Source of the DNA: Thermoprotei archaeon
Lineage (GTDB): Archaea > Thermoproteota > Thermoprotei > QMSL01 > B3-G16
Length of the DNA stretch: 64,000 nt
Direction of reading: 5' to 3'
NCBI GenBank assembly: GCA_021162845.1
Contig: JAGGXX010000056.1
Location: 16,729-80,728, forward strand
Within the stretch, counting starts at the first letter, position 1, and each line of letters begins with the position of its first letter. A program made the translations under genes and the position numbers. This document shows positions 20,716 through 30,256 of the stretch, one piece after another. A model generated the notes under the pieces. The model made no database searches. It was given only the letters and a program-made list of their open reading frames with translations, and was not told the DNA's origin.

Positions 20716-22986
20716 TCAAGTTTCATTATAGACGCGTATTTCGTAGATCCTGGCGCTAGGATCCCCATTCGTATTATAAACCTCTATGCGTAGCTTCTGT
20801 GTGGTTACAGGTTCGAACTTATGTACTCTCCTACGCCTATAATTGTCCTGAACTTCGACTATGGTCTTGAGCGATCCATCGCTATCAAGGATCTTTATCG
20901 CGTAGTCTCTGACGCATTCTGGGAATACGTATAATGGTGGTATCCTAGTCGTCTCTAAGTTGAGGTTCGTATCGAACGTCAGATATACCGTATCAAACCT
21001 CACTTCCTTACCGAAGTCTAGAGTTATCGATTGTGGAAGTTCCTTATCTGGATCGGAGATCCATATGTTAGTCCACTTATAGGGCCTAGCATAGCCGTTT
21101 ATCACGTTCTCAGGTCGGAATGGATACGATGGGGGATCTAGCCTTAATGCGTATGCGACATGTTCATGACGCCAACGCTTCCAATAGGTCTTCTTCCATC
21201 CAGCTACTACTCCAGGTAAAGGCCTAGCTTGAGCCCAACATAGGCCTTCCTTCATCGGTACGTTTACTCGGTAAAGCCTACCAGGCCTGACACTTGCGTT
21301 TAAGTCGAACCTAGCCCATCCCTCATACAGCGGCGGGATAACGGTTGTTGCCTTAACTGGTTCTTCCTTAGGCTCCTCGTTCAGGCTCCAAATTGATGAA
21401 ACGGGCATGAATTCTATGGTAAGCTCCATCTCTTTATCCATGTACGAGCGAAGCCATAGGTACACCCTATCCACACGATCTTCGGAGACCGGGAAGACCA
21501 GACATCTCTCCACGTTTAATGGCCTCTCGCCGCCTATTGGCTCCAGCTTTAGCATGGCATGGGAGGTCGCAACGACCTTAGCAGTTCGTGCCAGATCTTG
21601 TGGATCTTGGTTCGGTAGGTCAGGTATGAAGCAATCGTCCTTGAGCAGCGTTTGTTGTAGCTCACTTAAGTATCTACCATCCTTACAGAGCTCTCTAGGC
21701 GTGACACCGTACTTCTTACACAGTGTCGCTGCCGTTCCTACGGCCTGCCCCAGGACGGCACAAGTCATCATTACGCGTGTGGTACCTAAAGCCACGTGTG
21801 TCACGGAGATGTCTCGACCTGCCATTAGTAGGTTCTCTATGTTCCTTGAATACAAACACCTGAAGGGTATGCTGTATAATTCCACTACTAGTTCATCTGA
21901 GAGATCCGGGTTACCGGCTAAATGCTCAGGAGGGCGATCCTTGGCAAGTATGCCCCCCATCGTATGTACGTCTATGAACCAGCCTCCATATGCGACTCTA
22001 TCGGGGAACAGCTTTTGGCTCTTCACATCATGCTCCGTCAGTATGTAATCCCCTATCAAGCGCCTGCTTTCCCTCTTGCCGGGTATGAAGCCTATCCATT
22101 CTAACGCTAGGTTTTCAGCATCGTGGTTCCCATAATTCTTTATATGATCCCATACGCCTAGTAGATGTCGCAGTAGTTCGTCCCTTATCTCACTGTTCTG
22201 ATGTATCGTATCGTATGGTACGCCTATCTCTATCCACCAGTAACCGGAGTACACCTTAGTGCCATCGGGCATTACCATGGGGTTATGCCATCGCATGTAT
22301 AATGAGTCCTCCGTCGGGTACTTTTCGGCCCATGGTGGCGGTTTAAAGGGGATCTTCCTATTCGTGGCTACGCTCTTGAACATGAGCGTGCTACCCTGTG
22401 TCTGCTTGTCGGCCTTCTCAGGTGCTATTATCGGTGTCTCGTTGAACTCGCTCCTGGCCTCCCTACCTAGCCTATACTCCGCGCCAGCTAGGGCACCTAC
22501 TGTTCCGTCACCCGTACAGTCTATGAAGTAGTCCGCGTATAGCTTATACATCAATTCGCTGCCTATCTGGAGGCATCGTACTGCACCTATCTTCGTCGAT
22601 GAGCTCATTTCTACGTCGAACACTACCGTATCCAGGTACAGGTCTAAGTTGTCCTCGGCTCTAGCCATTTCATAAAGCGTTAAATCCCATAACGAGGTTA
22701 TCAACCCATTTCTGATGGGGAGATGAGATCTTTTGACGTACTCCGTTATCACTTCTTCTATGATCCCCGTTTCCCTCGCCCATGAGTTAAAGGTGCATGC
22801 ACCTGTTGGGTTTACCCTGATTAAGCTGCTCGAATTACCGCCTAGGACCGGACGAGCTTCTATTAACGCCGTTTTACATCCATGCCTAGCCGCAGCTATC
22901 GCAGCACAGAGTCCAGCTAAACCCCCACCTACGACGATAACATCATATCTCCTCTTTATAACAGGTAATGGCAAAGTTAAAACCAC
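20716..22986 (-). CDS. FAD-dependent oxidoreductase fused to a C-terminal discoidin (F5/8 type C)-like domain
   Basis: The 756-aa ORF has YDVIVVGGGLAGLCAAIAAARHG (a GxGxxG dinucleotide fold). The C-terminal ~150 aa (ITLDFGKEVRFDTVYL...QKLRIEVYNTNGDPSARIYEIRVYNET) has the pattern of a carbohydrate-binding discoidin domain. Confidence 0.7.
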   Translation of the reverse strand: MVLTLPLPVIKRRYDVIVVGGGLAGLCAAIAAARHGCKTALIEARPVLGGNSSSLIRVNPTGACTFNSWARETGIIEEVITEYVKRSHLPIRNGLITSLWDLTLYEMARAEDNLDLYLDTVVFDVEMSSSTKIGAVRCLQIGSELMYKLYADYFIDCTGDGTVGALAGAEYRLGREARSEFNETPIIAPEKADKQTQGSTLMFKSVATNRKIPFKPPPWAEKYPTEDSLYMRWHNPMVMPDGTKVYSGYWWIEIGVPYDTIHQNSEIRDELLRHLLGVWDHIKNYGNHDAENLALEWIGFIPGKRESRRLIGDYILTEHDVKSQKLFPDRVAYGGWFIDVHTMGGILAKDRPPEHLAGNPDLSDELVVELYSIPFRCLYSRNIENLLMAGRDISVTHVALGTTRVMMTCAVLGQAVGTAATLCKKYGVTPRELCKDGRYLSELQQTLLKDDCFIPDLPNQDPQDLARTAKVVATSHAMLKLEPIGGERPLNVERCLVFPVSEDRVDRVYLWLRSYMDKEMELTIEFMPVSSIWSLNEEPKEEPVKATTVIPPLYEGWARFDLNASVRPGRLYRVNVPMKEGLCWAQARPLPGVVAGWKKTYWKRWRHEHVAYALRLDPPSYPFRPENVINGYARPYKWTNIWISDPDKELPQSITLDFGKEVRFDTVYLTFDTNLNLETTRIPPLYVFPECVRDYAIKILDSDGSLKTIVEVQDNYRRRRVHKFEPVTTQKLRIEVYNTNGDPSARIYEIRVYNET

Positions 22987-23269
22987 CTAATAGATAATGC
23001 GTTTTTGAAAGTGATATAAGACTTGTCTTTCCGTCTACATTAATCGAGATACTTAAACATAATGGGCTTCTTAATTATGTCCTCAAAATATGAGGCTAAT
23101 CATCGATTCGCTTTATGAAATATATTGATAACCTAACGTTTATTTAGGAAAATCTTAAAGGATAGATGTTAAAGATAACATGATGACTATGAGGAGAGTA
23201 TAAGGGCTAATCTGCTTTTCTTATTATAACTGCTTATATACCTCGCACCTTCATATCTAGTAGATAAGG

Positions 23270-25069
23270 ATGTTCCCTGTAGATGAACCATATCCCTTCG
23301 AGGAAAAGGTTAAGAATTTTCTCAAGGAGACGAGTACGCTTCCGGGATTCGAACCTACGGGTTTAACACGAACTTACTATCTGGATTTAATAGAACCTAT
23401 CGTCCGACAAGCAGTAACATGGCAAGATGATAAGGGTGCTATCATCGACCCCTTTCTCCAAAGGGAACAGGACCATGTCACTGCACGATTCGTCGGCGCT
23501 TGCTCCGTTTTAATCGGTGCTGGCCGCTGTCGAGATCTCTTAGAGCCCTGTTTGCGCGCGATGGATTATGCATGTGAGAGGTTATATAACGGCGAAGCTA
23601 AAACTGCGGATTTTTACACGCGGGAGTTGATGATGGGGTACATCTTCCTGAAAAAGTACATCAGCTCTGAAAGATTGCAGAGGTGGAGGAAATGGTTAGG
23701 AACATTTGAACCTGAGAGGATCTATAAGGACGTCGTCGCTCATAAACCCATGTCACAGGTATACAACTGGAACGTTTACACGTTTGCAGGTGAACAGATG
23801 AAGAAGCACCAGGGCTTGGCAGATAATACAAGGTACATAGAGCGTTACATCCCGAGGCACATCTCCCTCTTCACGCCCTATGGCATGTACCGCGATCCTG
23901 GCAACCCGATAACTTACGATTTAAGTGCGCGTTTTAACTTCGCTATTATGCTAAACTACGGATATGAGGGGAAGTACAGGAGCATCATCGATGAGCTCCT
24001 ACGACGTGGAGGGCTCACGACCCTCTTCTACCTCTCAAGCAAGGGCGAAGCTCCCTTTGGGGGCAGGAGCAACCAGTACCATTTCGTGGAAGCCATGGTA
24101 GCGGCCTTATGCGAATACGAGGCACGACGCTATCATCAGATGGGCAATGAGAAATTGGCTGGTGCCTTTAAGCGTACCGCCCACCTCGCGGCTCTCTCAG
24201 TAAGGAGATGGCTTGTGGATGTGAGGCCATTTCGTCACATAAAGAACTTCTTTCCACCTGAGACTATGCATGGCTGCGATAGCTATGGGGGATATAGTAA
24301 ATATAGCCTGACAGCTGCGAGCTTCTTCGCTGTCGCCTACCTATTCGCAGATGATGGAATCACTGAACAACCAGCTCCCATCGACGTTAGGGGTTACGTA
24401 ATGGTCCTACCAGATTTCCATAAAGTCTTCGCGACAGTTGGAGATACGCATATAGAGATCGATACGAAAGCTGATCACAGTTATGATGCAACTGGGCTAG
24501 GTAGATTTCATAGGAGATCCGTGCCAAGTGAGCTAGCCCTATCTAGTAGCATAACGTGCGGCCCCAAATACATCGTCGAGAAGCCGTCCCCTAGATCGTT
24601 TGCCATCGCCCCTTCCTGGTTATCTGAAGAGGGTTGGTGCAGCTTAGCTGAATGCGAGAGGAGTATCAAGGGCTGGTCTGTTAACGTGCTGAAGGAGAGT
24701 AAGGACGAGGTAATATTCCGTGTAATATATGAATTATCCAATGAACGTGTGACTCGTATAACTTCGGAATACTGCCTTCGGGAGGGCACTTTGGACGTTA
24801 CAGAGATACTCGAAGGAGAGACATCCAGGATCCGAGTGACCATTCCGCTTCTCTTGAGTGATGGAGAGCATAAAGCAGAGGTTAAGATTGAGGAAACCGG
24901 GTTCACCGTCGAATATTTAGGACATGTATATCGAGCACAGCTTATCGGGAATGGGGCATCGATAGGTCGCCTTAATATAGTTGCGCCTAATCGTAACGCA
25001 GAGTACGATATCGGCTATTTTGAAAGTGAGGGCAAGATTATTAGATATCGCTTATCATTGAATGCTTGA
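23270..25069 (+). CDS. hypothetical 599-aa protein, no motif recognised
   Basis: This is a long uninterrupted ORF with ordinary composition. It is divergent from the FAD-oxidoreductase gene across an AT-rich 283-bp region. The helix-rich N-terminal two thirds and beta-rich C-terminus are compatible with a toroid plus sandwich glycan enzyme, but that is a guess. Confidence 0.5.
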   Translation: MFPVDEPYPFEEKVKNFLKETSTLPGFEPTGLTRTYYLDLIEPIVRQAVTWQDDKGAIIDPFLQREQDHVTARFVGACSVLIGAGRCRDLLEPCLRAMDYACERLYNGEAKTADFYTRELMMGYIFLKKYISSERLQRWRKWLGTFEPERIYKDVVAHKPMSQVYNWNVYTFAGEQMKKHQGLADNTRYIERYIPRHISLFTPYGMYRDPGNPITYDLSARFNFAIMLNYGYEGKYRSIIDELLRRGGLTTLFYLSSKGEAPFGGRSNQYHFVEAMVAALCEYEARRYHQMGNEKLAGAFKRTAHLAALSVRRWLVDVRPFRHIKNFFPPETMHGCDSYGGYSKYSLTAASFFAVAYLFADDGITEQPAPIDVRGYVMVLPDFHKVFATVGDTHIEIDTKADHSYDATGLGRFHRRSVPSELALSSSITCGPKYIVEKPSPRSFAIAPSWLSEEGWCSLAECERSIKGWSVNVLKESKDEVIFRVIYELSNERVTRITSEYCLREGTLDVTEILEGETSRIRVTIPLLLSDGEHKAEVKIEETGFTVEYLGHVYRAQLIGNGASIGRLNIVAPNRNAEYDIGYFESEGKIIRYRLSLNA

Positions 25070-25242
25070 TGAACTCGGCATTAAGTAAGTCGATGACCTA
25101 GGCTTCGCTCATCGCTCGTCAAAGAGGAGATTCCTGAAAGGACACAGAGTTTAACGGGAAAATGAAATGGCGCTGATCTCATTAATATAAGTAAGGAATA
25201 TAATCCGGTGATCTGGAGCATTTCGCTAACTGGCGTAAACCT

Positions 25243-25614
25243 CTATAACCTTAAGCTCAGGCCGTTATGAAGGATCTTCCTATCGCTCAGCATAGATCTG
25301 ATAAGCGGGTCTCTTAGATCATCGACAGATAGAACTATGAGGTCGAGATCGATCCCCTCGGGTTTGAGCCTTCTAAGCCTCTCGATCACTTTTAGCTTAT
25401 CGTTAACGGATCTAAGTATGACGGCTATATCATAGTCACTGTATGGAACGAAGTCCCCTCTAGCCCTAGATCCGAAAAGCAATATGGTCGACATGGGCAT
25501 CTCTCTTACCAGTCGTCTGATGTATTCCTGAAGGAGATCTCTTTTAGCTGCCTGTCTCTTCACCAGGTATCTCAGGAGCCTGTCTCTTAACCCATTCGAT
25601 GATGGAGCGGGCAT
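25243..25614 (-). CDS. nucleotidyltransferase-domain (MNT) protein
   Basis: It has ILLFGSRARGDFVPYSDYDIAVIL (GS...DxD). The longest ORF overlaps the HEPN gene by 71 nt. A GTG at 25563 would reduce the overlap to 20 nt. Confidence 0.85.
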   Translation of the reverse strand: MPAPSSNGLRDRLLRYLVKRQAAKRDLLQEYIRRLVREMPMSTILLFGSRARGDFVPYSDYDIAVILRSVNDKLKVIERLRRLKPEGIDLDLIVLSVDDLRDPLIRSMLSDRKILHNGLSLRL

Positions 25615-26098
25615 ATCCCAAGCACCTCTCAGCTAACCCTTTATTGTACCTTAAGGGCTTCCTACCGGGATACCTAGACATAGTATAATGAGGCGTCAGG
25701 GCATCAGCGTACGTATAGAGCTCCGAAGGGACTTCCAACCCCAGCTCTCGAAGAGAGGTGAGGAGCTCGACTAGATCATGCGTGAAGGGATGTAAGCCCG
25801 TTAGCGCTACGAGTAGTGCCTTGAGGTAGAGCTCAGCGGCCTGCTGGGAGTCGAAGCAGGAAAGCCAATAGTGTCCTTCCTCTAAGTGCCTCTCAGCATC
25901 TCTTAGGAATACTTCGGCTTTTTCAACCCATTCCCTGGGCAAGGTCAAGTTGGCGACCTCGCGAATATAGATCCCTAAAGCTCGTAAATAAAAGTTGTCA
26001 GTCCTTCCATGTAGAGGCTCAAGTCCTAGCTTTAAATAGAGGGAAAAAATGCAGGGCTTATCATGAGAGAAGCAAAATGCCCTCGCATTTTCAGCCAA
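25544..26098 (-). CDS. HEPN-domain protein (classical HEPN family)
   Basis: The region WVEKAEVFLRDAERHLEEGHYWLSCFDSQQAAELYLKALL...HDLVELL is HEPN-like. The first ~50 codons of the longest ORF contain a TATA-like TTTATTTAC, so a TTG start near 25948 (about 134 aa) is more plausible. Confidence 0.8.
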   Translation of the reverse strand: MAENARAFCFSHDKPCIFSLYLKLGLEPLHGRTDNFYLRALGIYIREVANLTLPREWVEKAEVFLRDAERHLEEGHYWLSCFDSQQAAELYLKALLVALTGLHPFTHDLVELLTSLRELGLEVPSELYTYADALTPHYTMSRYPGRKPLRYNKGLAERCLGYARSIIEWVKRQAPEIPGEETGS

Positions 26099-26138
26099 GA
26101 AGCGACGAAGATATCACCTGTGTACTAGCGATTGTTAC

Positions 26139-27458
26139 TTAAAGGGAACTACCGCGTTCCACATAGACATTGAATCCCAATAACTTAGCCAGCCATTTAA
26201 GCTCCCGGCTCCAATCGCCGTAGAAGAGCACCCTGTGCCAATTATGTTGCCATTCATCGATTAATGCTTGTGCATCCGCAACTTTGACTATAGCCTTCGT
26301 CCTACAGCCTCCTTCCCTCTCCTCATGTCCCAGTAATTCCCCCTTGAGGACTAGGATGCGCCGTTCGGTGGGTATAACCTTAGTGATCGTCACGGTCCTA
26401 GCTCCATGCATTAGCACTTGGAGGGTTGCTCCTTTGTCATCTTCGGCATGGCTCCTGATCCAATAGGGCTCGGGCTCTTCATCGAAACCTAACATCCTGG
26501 TCGGGGCTACGCAGTGTGCGTAGACGGCTACGCCTCTATGGGTATCTATCGCGGGCTCACTTATGAAGCCTGGCCTATTTGATATGTATTTCATGGCTAT
26601 TTTCGTTATGAGGGAGTCCACATCACATTCGCAGGCAGCCATGATTTCCCCTTCATCGTCTAGAAGCGAGAACGCGATGCATGGGTAAGCGGGCAATAGC
26701 CCCATGTAGAAGCCTCCGAGGCAATCAATTGTTACGCCGTTTGCCCCGTACTTCTTACAGAGATTCTTTATAGCGTAGTAAAGCCTAGCGCTCCTAATCA
26801 CTTCTTCACGCATGGGTTCTATTATCTTATCAGCGCCTGAGATTATTTCATCGGCAAGCTTCTCCGCAGCGTCTTCGCTTACTCCTTCGTATTCCCTCCT
26901 CAGCTCACCGAAGTCCAAGAAGAGCAGTCGAATACCTATGTCCTTGAGTGCCTCTTCATATCCTTTAACATCGGCTGAGAGCACGTGACGCCCTATCACT
27001 ATGATCCTAGAGTCCTTTAAGGCCACGTAAGCCCTTATGACCCTGAAGGCCCTGTCTATGTCCTGCCAGCTCGATGAGGATACCATGAATCCCCTGATGC
27101 CCTTGCGGCGTAAATCGGCGGAGTGCACTATCATCCCAGCATATCCCCAGAGATAGGGATCGGATATTACTACGGTCGGCGCTTTCTTCATTATCTCGAT
27201 GGCGCTAAACCATCCACTGGCCAGGTGGAATATCACTACGCAATCCTCATTCGCTGTGCCTACCTCCTTTGCCGCTTCCCTTGCCTCATCGCTATTTTTG
27301 ATGACCCTTCCATCGATGAACTCTATATCGGGATATCTACTGGAAAGCACGTCCTTGAGTTCCTTAGCTCGTAGCTCGGGGTCAAAGTTTATGTTAGGCC
27401 ATTTGGGTATGCCCTTAGGCGCCCCCCAAAACAAGAGCCTTACCTTGGGTTTCCTCAA
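26139..27458 (-). CDS. FucI/AraA-superfamily-like sugar isomerase (tentative)
   Basis: The 439-aa ORF has an overall layout and a segment (YPCIAFSLLDDEGEIMAACECDVDSLITKIAMKYISNRPGFISEP) that resemble uncharacterised 'L-fucose isomerase and related' proteins. No alignment was run. Confidence 0.4.
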   Translation of the reverse strand: MRKPKVRLLFWGAPKGIPKWPNINFDPELRAKELKDVLSSRYPDIEFIDGRVIKNSDEAREAAKEVGTANEDCVVIFHLASGWFSAIEIMKKAPTVVISDPYLWGYAGMIVHSADLRRKGIRGFMVSSSSWQDIDRAFRVIRAYVALKDSRIIVIGRHVLSADVKGYEEALKDIGIRLLFLDFGELRREYEGVSEDAAEKLADEIISGADKIIEPMREEVIRSARLYYAIKNLCKKYGANGVTIDCLGGFYMGLLPAYPCIAFSLLDDEGEIMAACECDVDSLITKIAMKYISNRPGFISEPAIDTHRGVAVYAHCVAPTRMLGFDEEPEPYWIRSHAEDDKGATLQVLMHGARTVTITKVIPTERRILVLKGELLGHEEREGGCRTKAIVKVADAQALIDEWQHNWHRVLFYGDWSRELKWLAKLLGFNVYVERGSSL

Positions 27459-27848
27459 GATTAAGCACCATGACTTAGGTTACTTGACTAGTCACTTAAG
27501 CTTTCATTATCTAGTAACACGGCGAAGTGAGCCCGCTAGCGTACTTGAAGAAGCGTTACCTCACCTTGCGTGACATCAGATGATGGTTTTCGGTAAGTGT
27601 GTCAATTGCAGAAAACGTACCTCTAAGTGCTGTGTGTATTAACAGTGAGTGCTTGAGTTGAGCTCAGGATCCTTGAACCCATGATCCATAGGCTCTAGTC
27701 CTCTAGCTCGAAGCCGAATGCAATCTTAAAGCTATTAGCTAATTTAAGCGATGGAGTTCTCGTGACAATGAATATATGCGCTGTTGCTCCTAGATCATAT
27801 ATGAGGAGATGCTAGACGATAAGGGCTAAACCCTTAATCGCGTTTGTC

Positions 27849-28691
27849 TTGGTTGTTGCATCTATCACTACCGCTTACTACCTAGTTACGATGAGACTTA
27901 GGCCCAGTGCGCCAGCAGTCACAGGCCCGGCTGATATTCACGAAGGCAGAGTAATCACTATTAGCTCCGTCAGTAACTGCGTTATCACAGTTATCGTAGA
28001 CAATAATCCCGACTCAGGGCTCGAAATCACCTGGGGCTTGAGCATCCTGGTGATGACGCCTAATTCGACCATACTCTTCGACACGGGACCTGATCCTAGG
28101 GTTCTTAAGGATAACATGGCCGAGTTAGGTATAGATCCTAAGTCAATCGACATAGTCGTCCTATCCCATGAACATGGAGACCACGTCAGAGGTCTATCCT
28201 ATCTCGCAGGAGCCAATCCTAATGTCATGGTCTACGTACCTGAGGGCATGAGCACCAATGTCAAGAAGTGGATCAAGGGCTTAGGGCTGAGGATCGTTGA
28301 AGTCAACAACACTACAGTTATAGCCAATGGTATCGCGGTCATAGGTGAACTCTACGGTCCGCCCTACGAAGAGGCACTGGCCATCAACGTCAAGGATAAA
28401 GGGTTAGTCATAGTCGTCGGTTGTAGCCATCCGGGTGTTGTGGAGATAGTTAAGAAGGCCATTGCAGACTTAGGCGTTAAGCCATACCTAGTCATAGGCG
28501 GGTTTCACATGGCTGGGGCTTCGTCTAGCGAGTGTCATAAGGTAATCAAGGGGCTCATAGCACTAGGCGTGAAGAGGATAGCGCCCATTCACTGTAGCGG
28601 TGATGGGATAAGGCATATACTTAAGAAGGAATATAGCGATTACTACGTTGAAGCCCATATAGGGACCCAGATAGCGCTCTCAGGTGATTAG
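27849..28691 (+). CDS. metallo-beta-lactamase-fold hydrolase
   Basis: It has ITVIVDN...ILFDTGPD...VVLSHEHGDHVRGL (HxHxDH motif). The start is TTG and the N-terminal stretch is hydrophobic. Confidence 0.8.
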   Translation: MVVASITTAYYLVTMRLRPSAPAVTGPADIHEGRVITISSVSNCVITVIVDNNPDSGLEITWGLSILVMTPNSTILFDTGPDPRVLKDNMAELGIDPKSIDIVVLSHEHGDHVRGLSYLAGANPNVMVYVPEGMSTNVKKWIKGLGLRIVEVNNTTVIANGIAVIGELYGPPYEEALAINVKDKGLVIVVGCSHPGVVEIVKKAIADLGVKPYLVIGGFHMAGASSSECHKVIKGLIALGVKRIAPIHCSGDGIRHILKKEYSDYYVEAHIGTQIALSGD

Positions 28692-28770
28692 CCTATCGAG
28701 GCTTAAAGAATTGCAATCTTATATGGTTTAATATTTGCGTGCCATCATAGGAATTATCATGTGAGAGGAC

Positions 28771-30045
28771 GTGGGTGATGGTGAGAACTTGGAAGCCGTA
28801 AGGATGCTACCGGGATATGATGTCGTGGTGGTCGGTGGTGGTCCTGGAGGATTCTCCGCCGCTTTAGCTTCAGCACGTAATGAAGCGAGGACGCTACTAA
28901 TTGAGAGATATGGGTTTCTAGGCGGTATGGCTACCGCGGGCCTCGTAAACCCCTTTATGCCCTTTCATATAAGGGGGAAGCCGTTGATAGGAGGAGTGCT
29001 TAGCGAATTGATAAGTAGGCTTAAGAAGAGAGGTGGATATGACGATAGGACGCGGGCTTTTGACCCTGAAGTTATGAAATACGTAATGGATCGAATGGTG
29101 CTTGAAGCTGGCGTAGATCTTCTACTTCATACGGTGTTCATAAGGGCTGTGGTCGATGCGGAAGGGACTGTAAAGGGCGTGGTAGTACATAATAAATCCG
29201 GCTTTCAACTGATACCCGCGAAAGTGGTCGTTGATGGTACTGGGGATGGTGATGTGGCCGTAAGCGCTGGTGCTCCTTACGAGAAGGGAAGACCAAGCGA
29301 TGGGTTAATGCAACCGATGACCCTTAACTTCGATCTAGCGGGAGTGGATCAAAGCGAGATGCCTAGTAGGGAGGAGATAAGCCAGGCCTATAGAGAGGCG
29401 AAGAGGAGAGGCGAGATCACATGCCCCAGGGAGGACGTGTTGTGGTTCTACACGGTGCATGAAGGTGTGATCCACTTTAATACCACGAGGGTGCTGGGGG
29501 TCGACGGGACAAGAGTAGAAGATTTGACCAGGGCGGAGATCGAGGGGAGGCGTCAGATGTTCGAGATAGTCGAGTGGCTTAAGAGGACATTTTCCGCATT
29601 TGAGAACGCTTATATCATCAGATCCGGCGTTCAGATAGGCATTAGGGAGACCAGGAGGATACTAGGGGAGTACATTCTTACCGAGGAGGACATTCTAAGG
29701 GCGAGAAAGTTCCCCGATGCGATCTGTAGGGGGAATTACCCAATAGACATACATAGCCCCACTGGAGAGGGGACGACGATAAAAAGACCTCCCCCTGATG
29801 ATTACTATGAGATACCGTATAGATCCATAGTCCCGCTTAAGGTAGATGGCCTATTGATAGGGAGCAGGTGCATCTCGGCAACGCACGAGGCACATTCAGC
29901 GATAAGGGTAATGCCCATAGTCATGGGAATAGGACAGGCAGCGGGGACTGCGGCAGCGCTATGCGTAAGATATGGTGTTAGGCCGAGGGAGCTCGATCCA
30001 GAGGTCTTGAGGGATACATTAAGGAGACAAGGAGCCATAGTGTAG
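28771..30045 (+). CDS. FAD-dependent oxidoreductase (same family as 20716-22986, no discoidin domain)
   Basis: The 424-aa ORF has YDVVVVGGGPGGFSAALASARNEARTLLIERYGFLGGMATAGLV. The C-terminal block GQAAGTAAALC parallels GQAVGTAATLC in the larger paralogue. Confidence 0.8.
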   Translation: MGDGENLEAVRMLPGYDVVVVGGGPGGFSAALASARNEARTLLIERYGFLGGMATAGLVNPFMPFHIRGKPLIGGVLSELISRLKKRGGYDDRTRAFDPEVMKYVMDRMVLEAGVDLLLHTVFIRAVVDAEGTVKGVVVHNKSGFQLIPAKVVVDGTGDGDVAVSAGAPYEKGRPSDGLMQPMTLNFDLAGVDQSEMPSREEISQAYREAKRRGEITCPREDVLWFYTVHEGVIHFNTTRVLGVDGTRVEDLTRAEIEGRRQMFEIVEWLKRTFSAFENAYIIRSGVQIGIRETRRILGEYILTEEDILRARKFPDAICRGNYPIDIHSPTGEGTTIKRPPPDDYYEIPYRSIVPLKVDGLLIGSRCISATHEAHSAIRVMPIVMGIGQAAGTAAALCVRYGVRPRELDPEVLRDTLRRQGAIV

Positions 30046-30256
30046 AATCACTAGAAGCATTGATCCTCTAGTGCCTAAGTTAGCTTCTTAATGTACCTCT
30101 CAGGAGGGTAAAGGATGGCAATGCTCCAATGACAAGCTAGCTTTAGGAAGATAGAAGGGCACGCTCAGATAAGAACGCGGTAAGAGAATAAGTTCCTTAG
30201 GAATTAAAGAAATTAAATTACTAAAAGTTAAAGAAAAGTTTTTTCATTTTTTCCTT

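Noticed and set aside
23345-23355. GGATTCGAACC, the reverse complement of the tRNA T-loop consensus GGTTCGAATCC, suggesting a minus-strand tRNA.
   Set aside because: The flanking bases do not form a T-stem, acceptor stem or anticodon arm. The site is inside the 599-aa CDS (codes LPGFEPTG). No other tRNA-like signature was seen in the window.
27618-27631. A 14-bp motif, TACCTCTAAGTGCT, shared by two intergenic regions (27618-27631 and 49769-49782).
   Set aside because: Several exact 14-mer coincidences are expected by chance in a 64-kb window (order N squared over 4 to the 14th). There is no flanking similarity.
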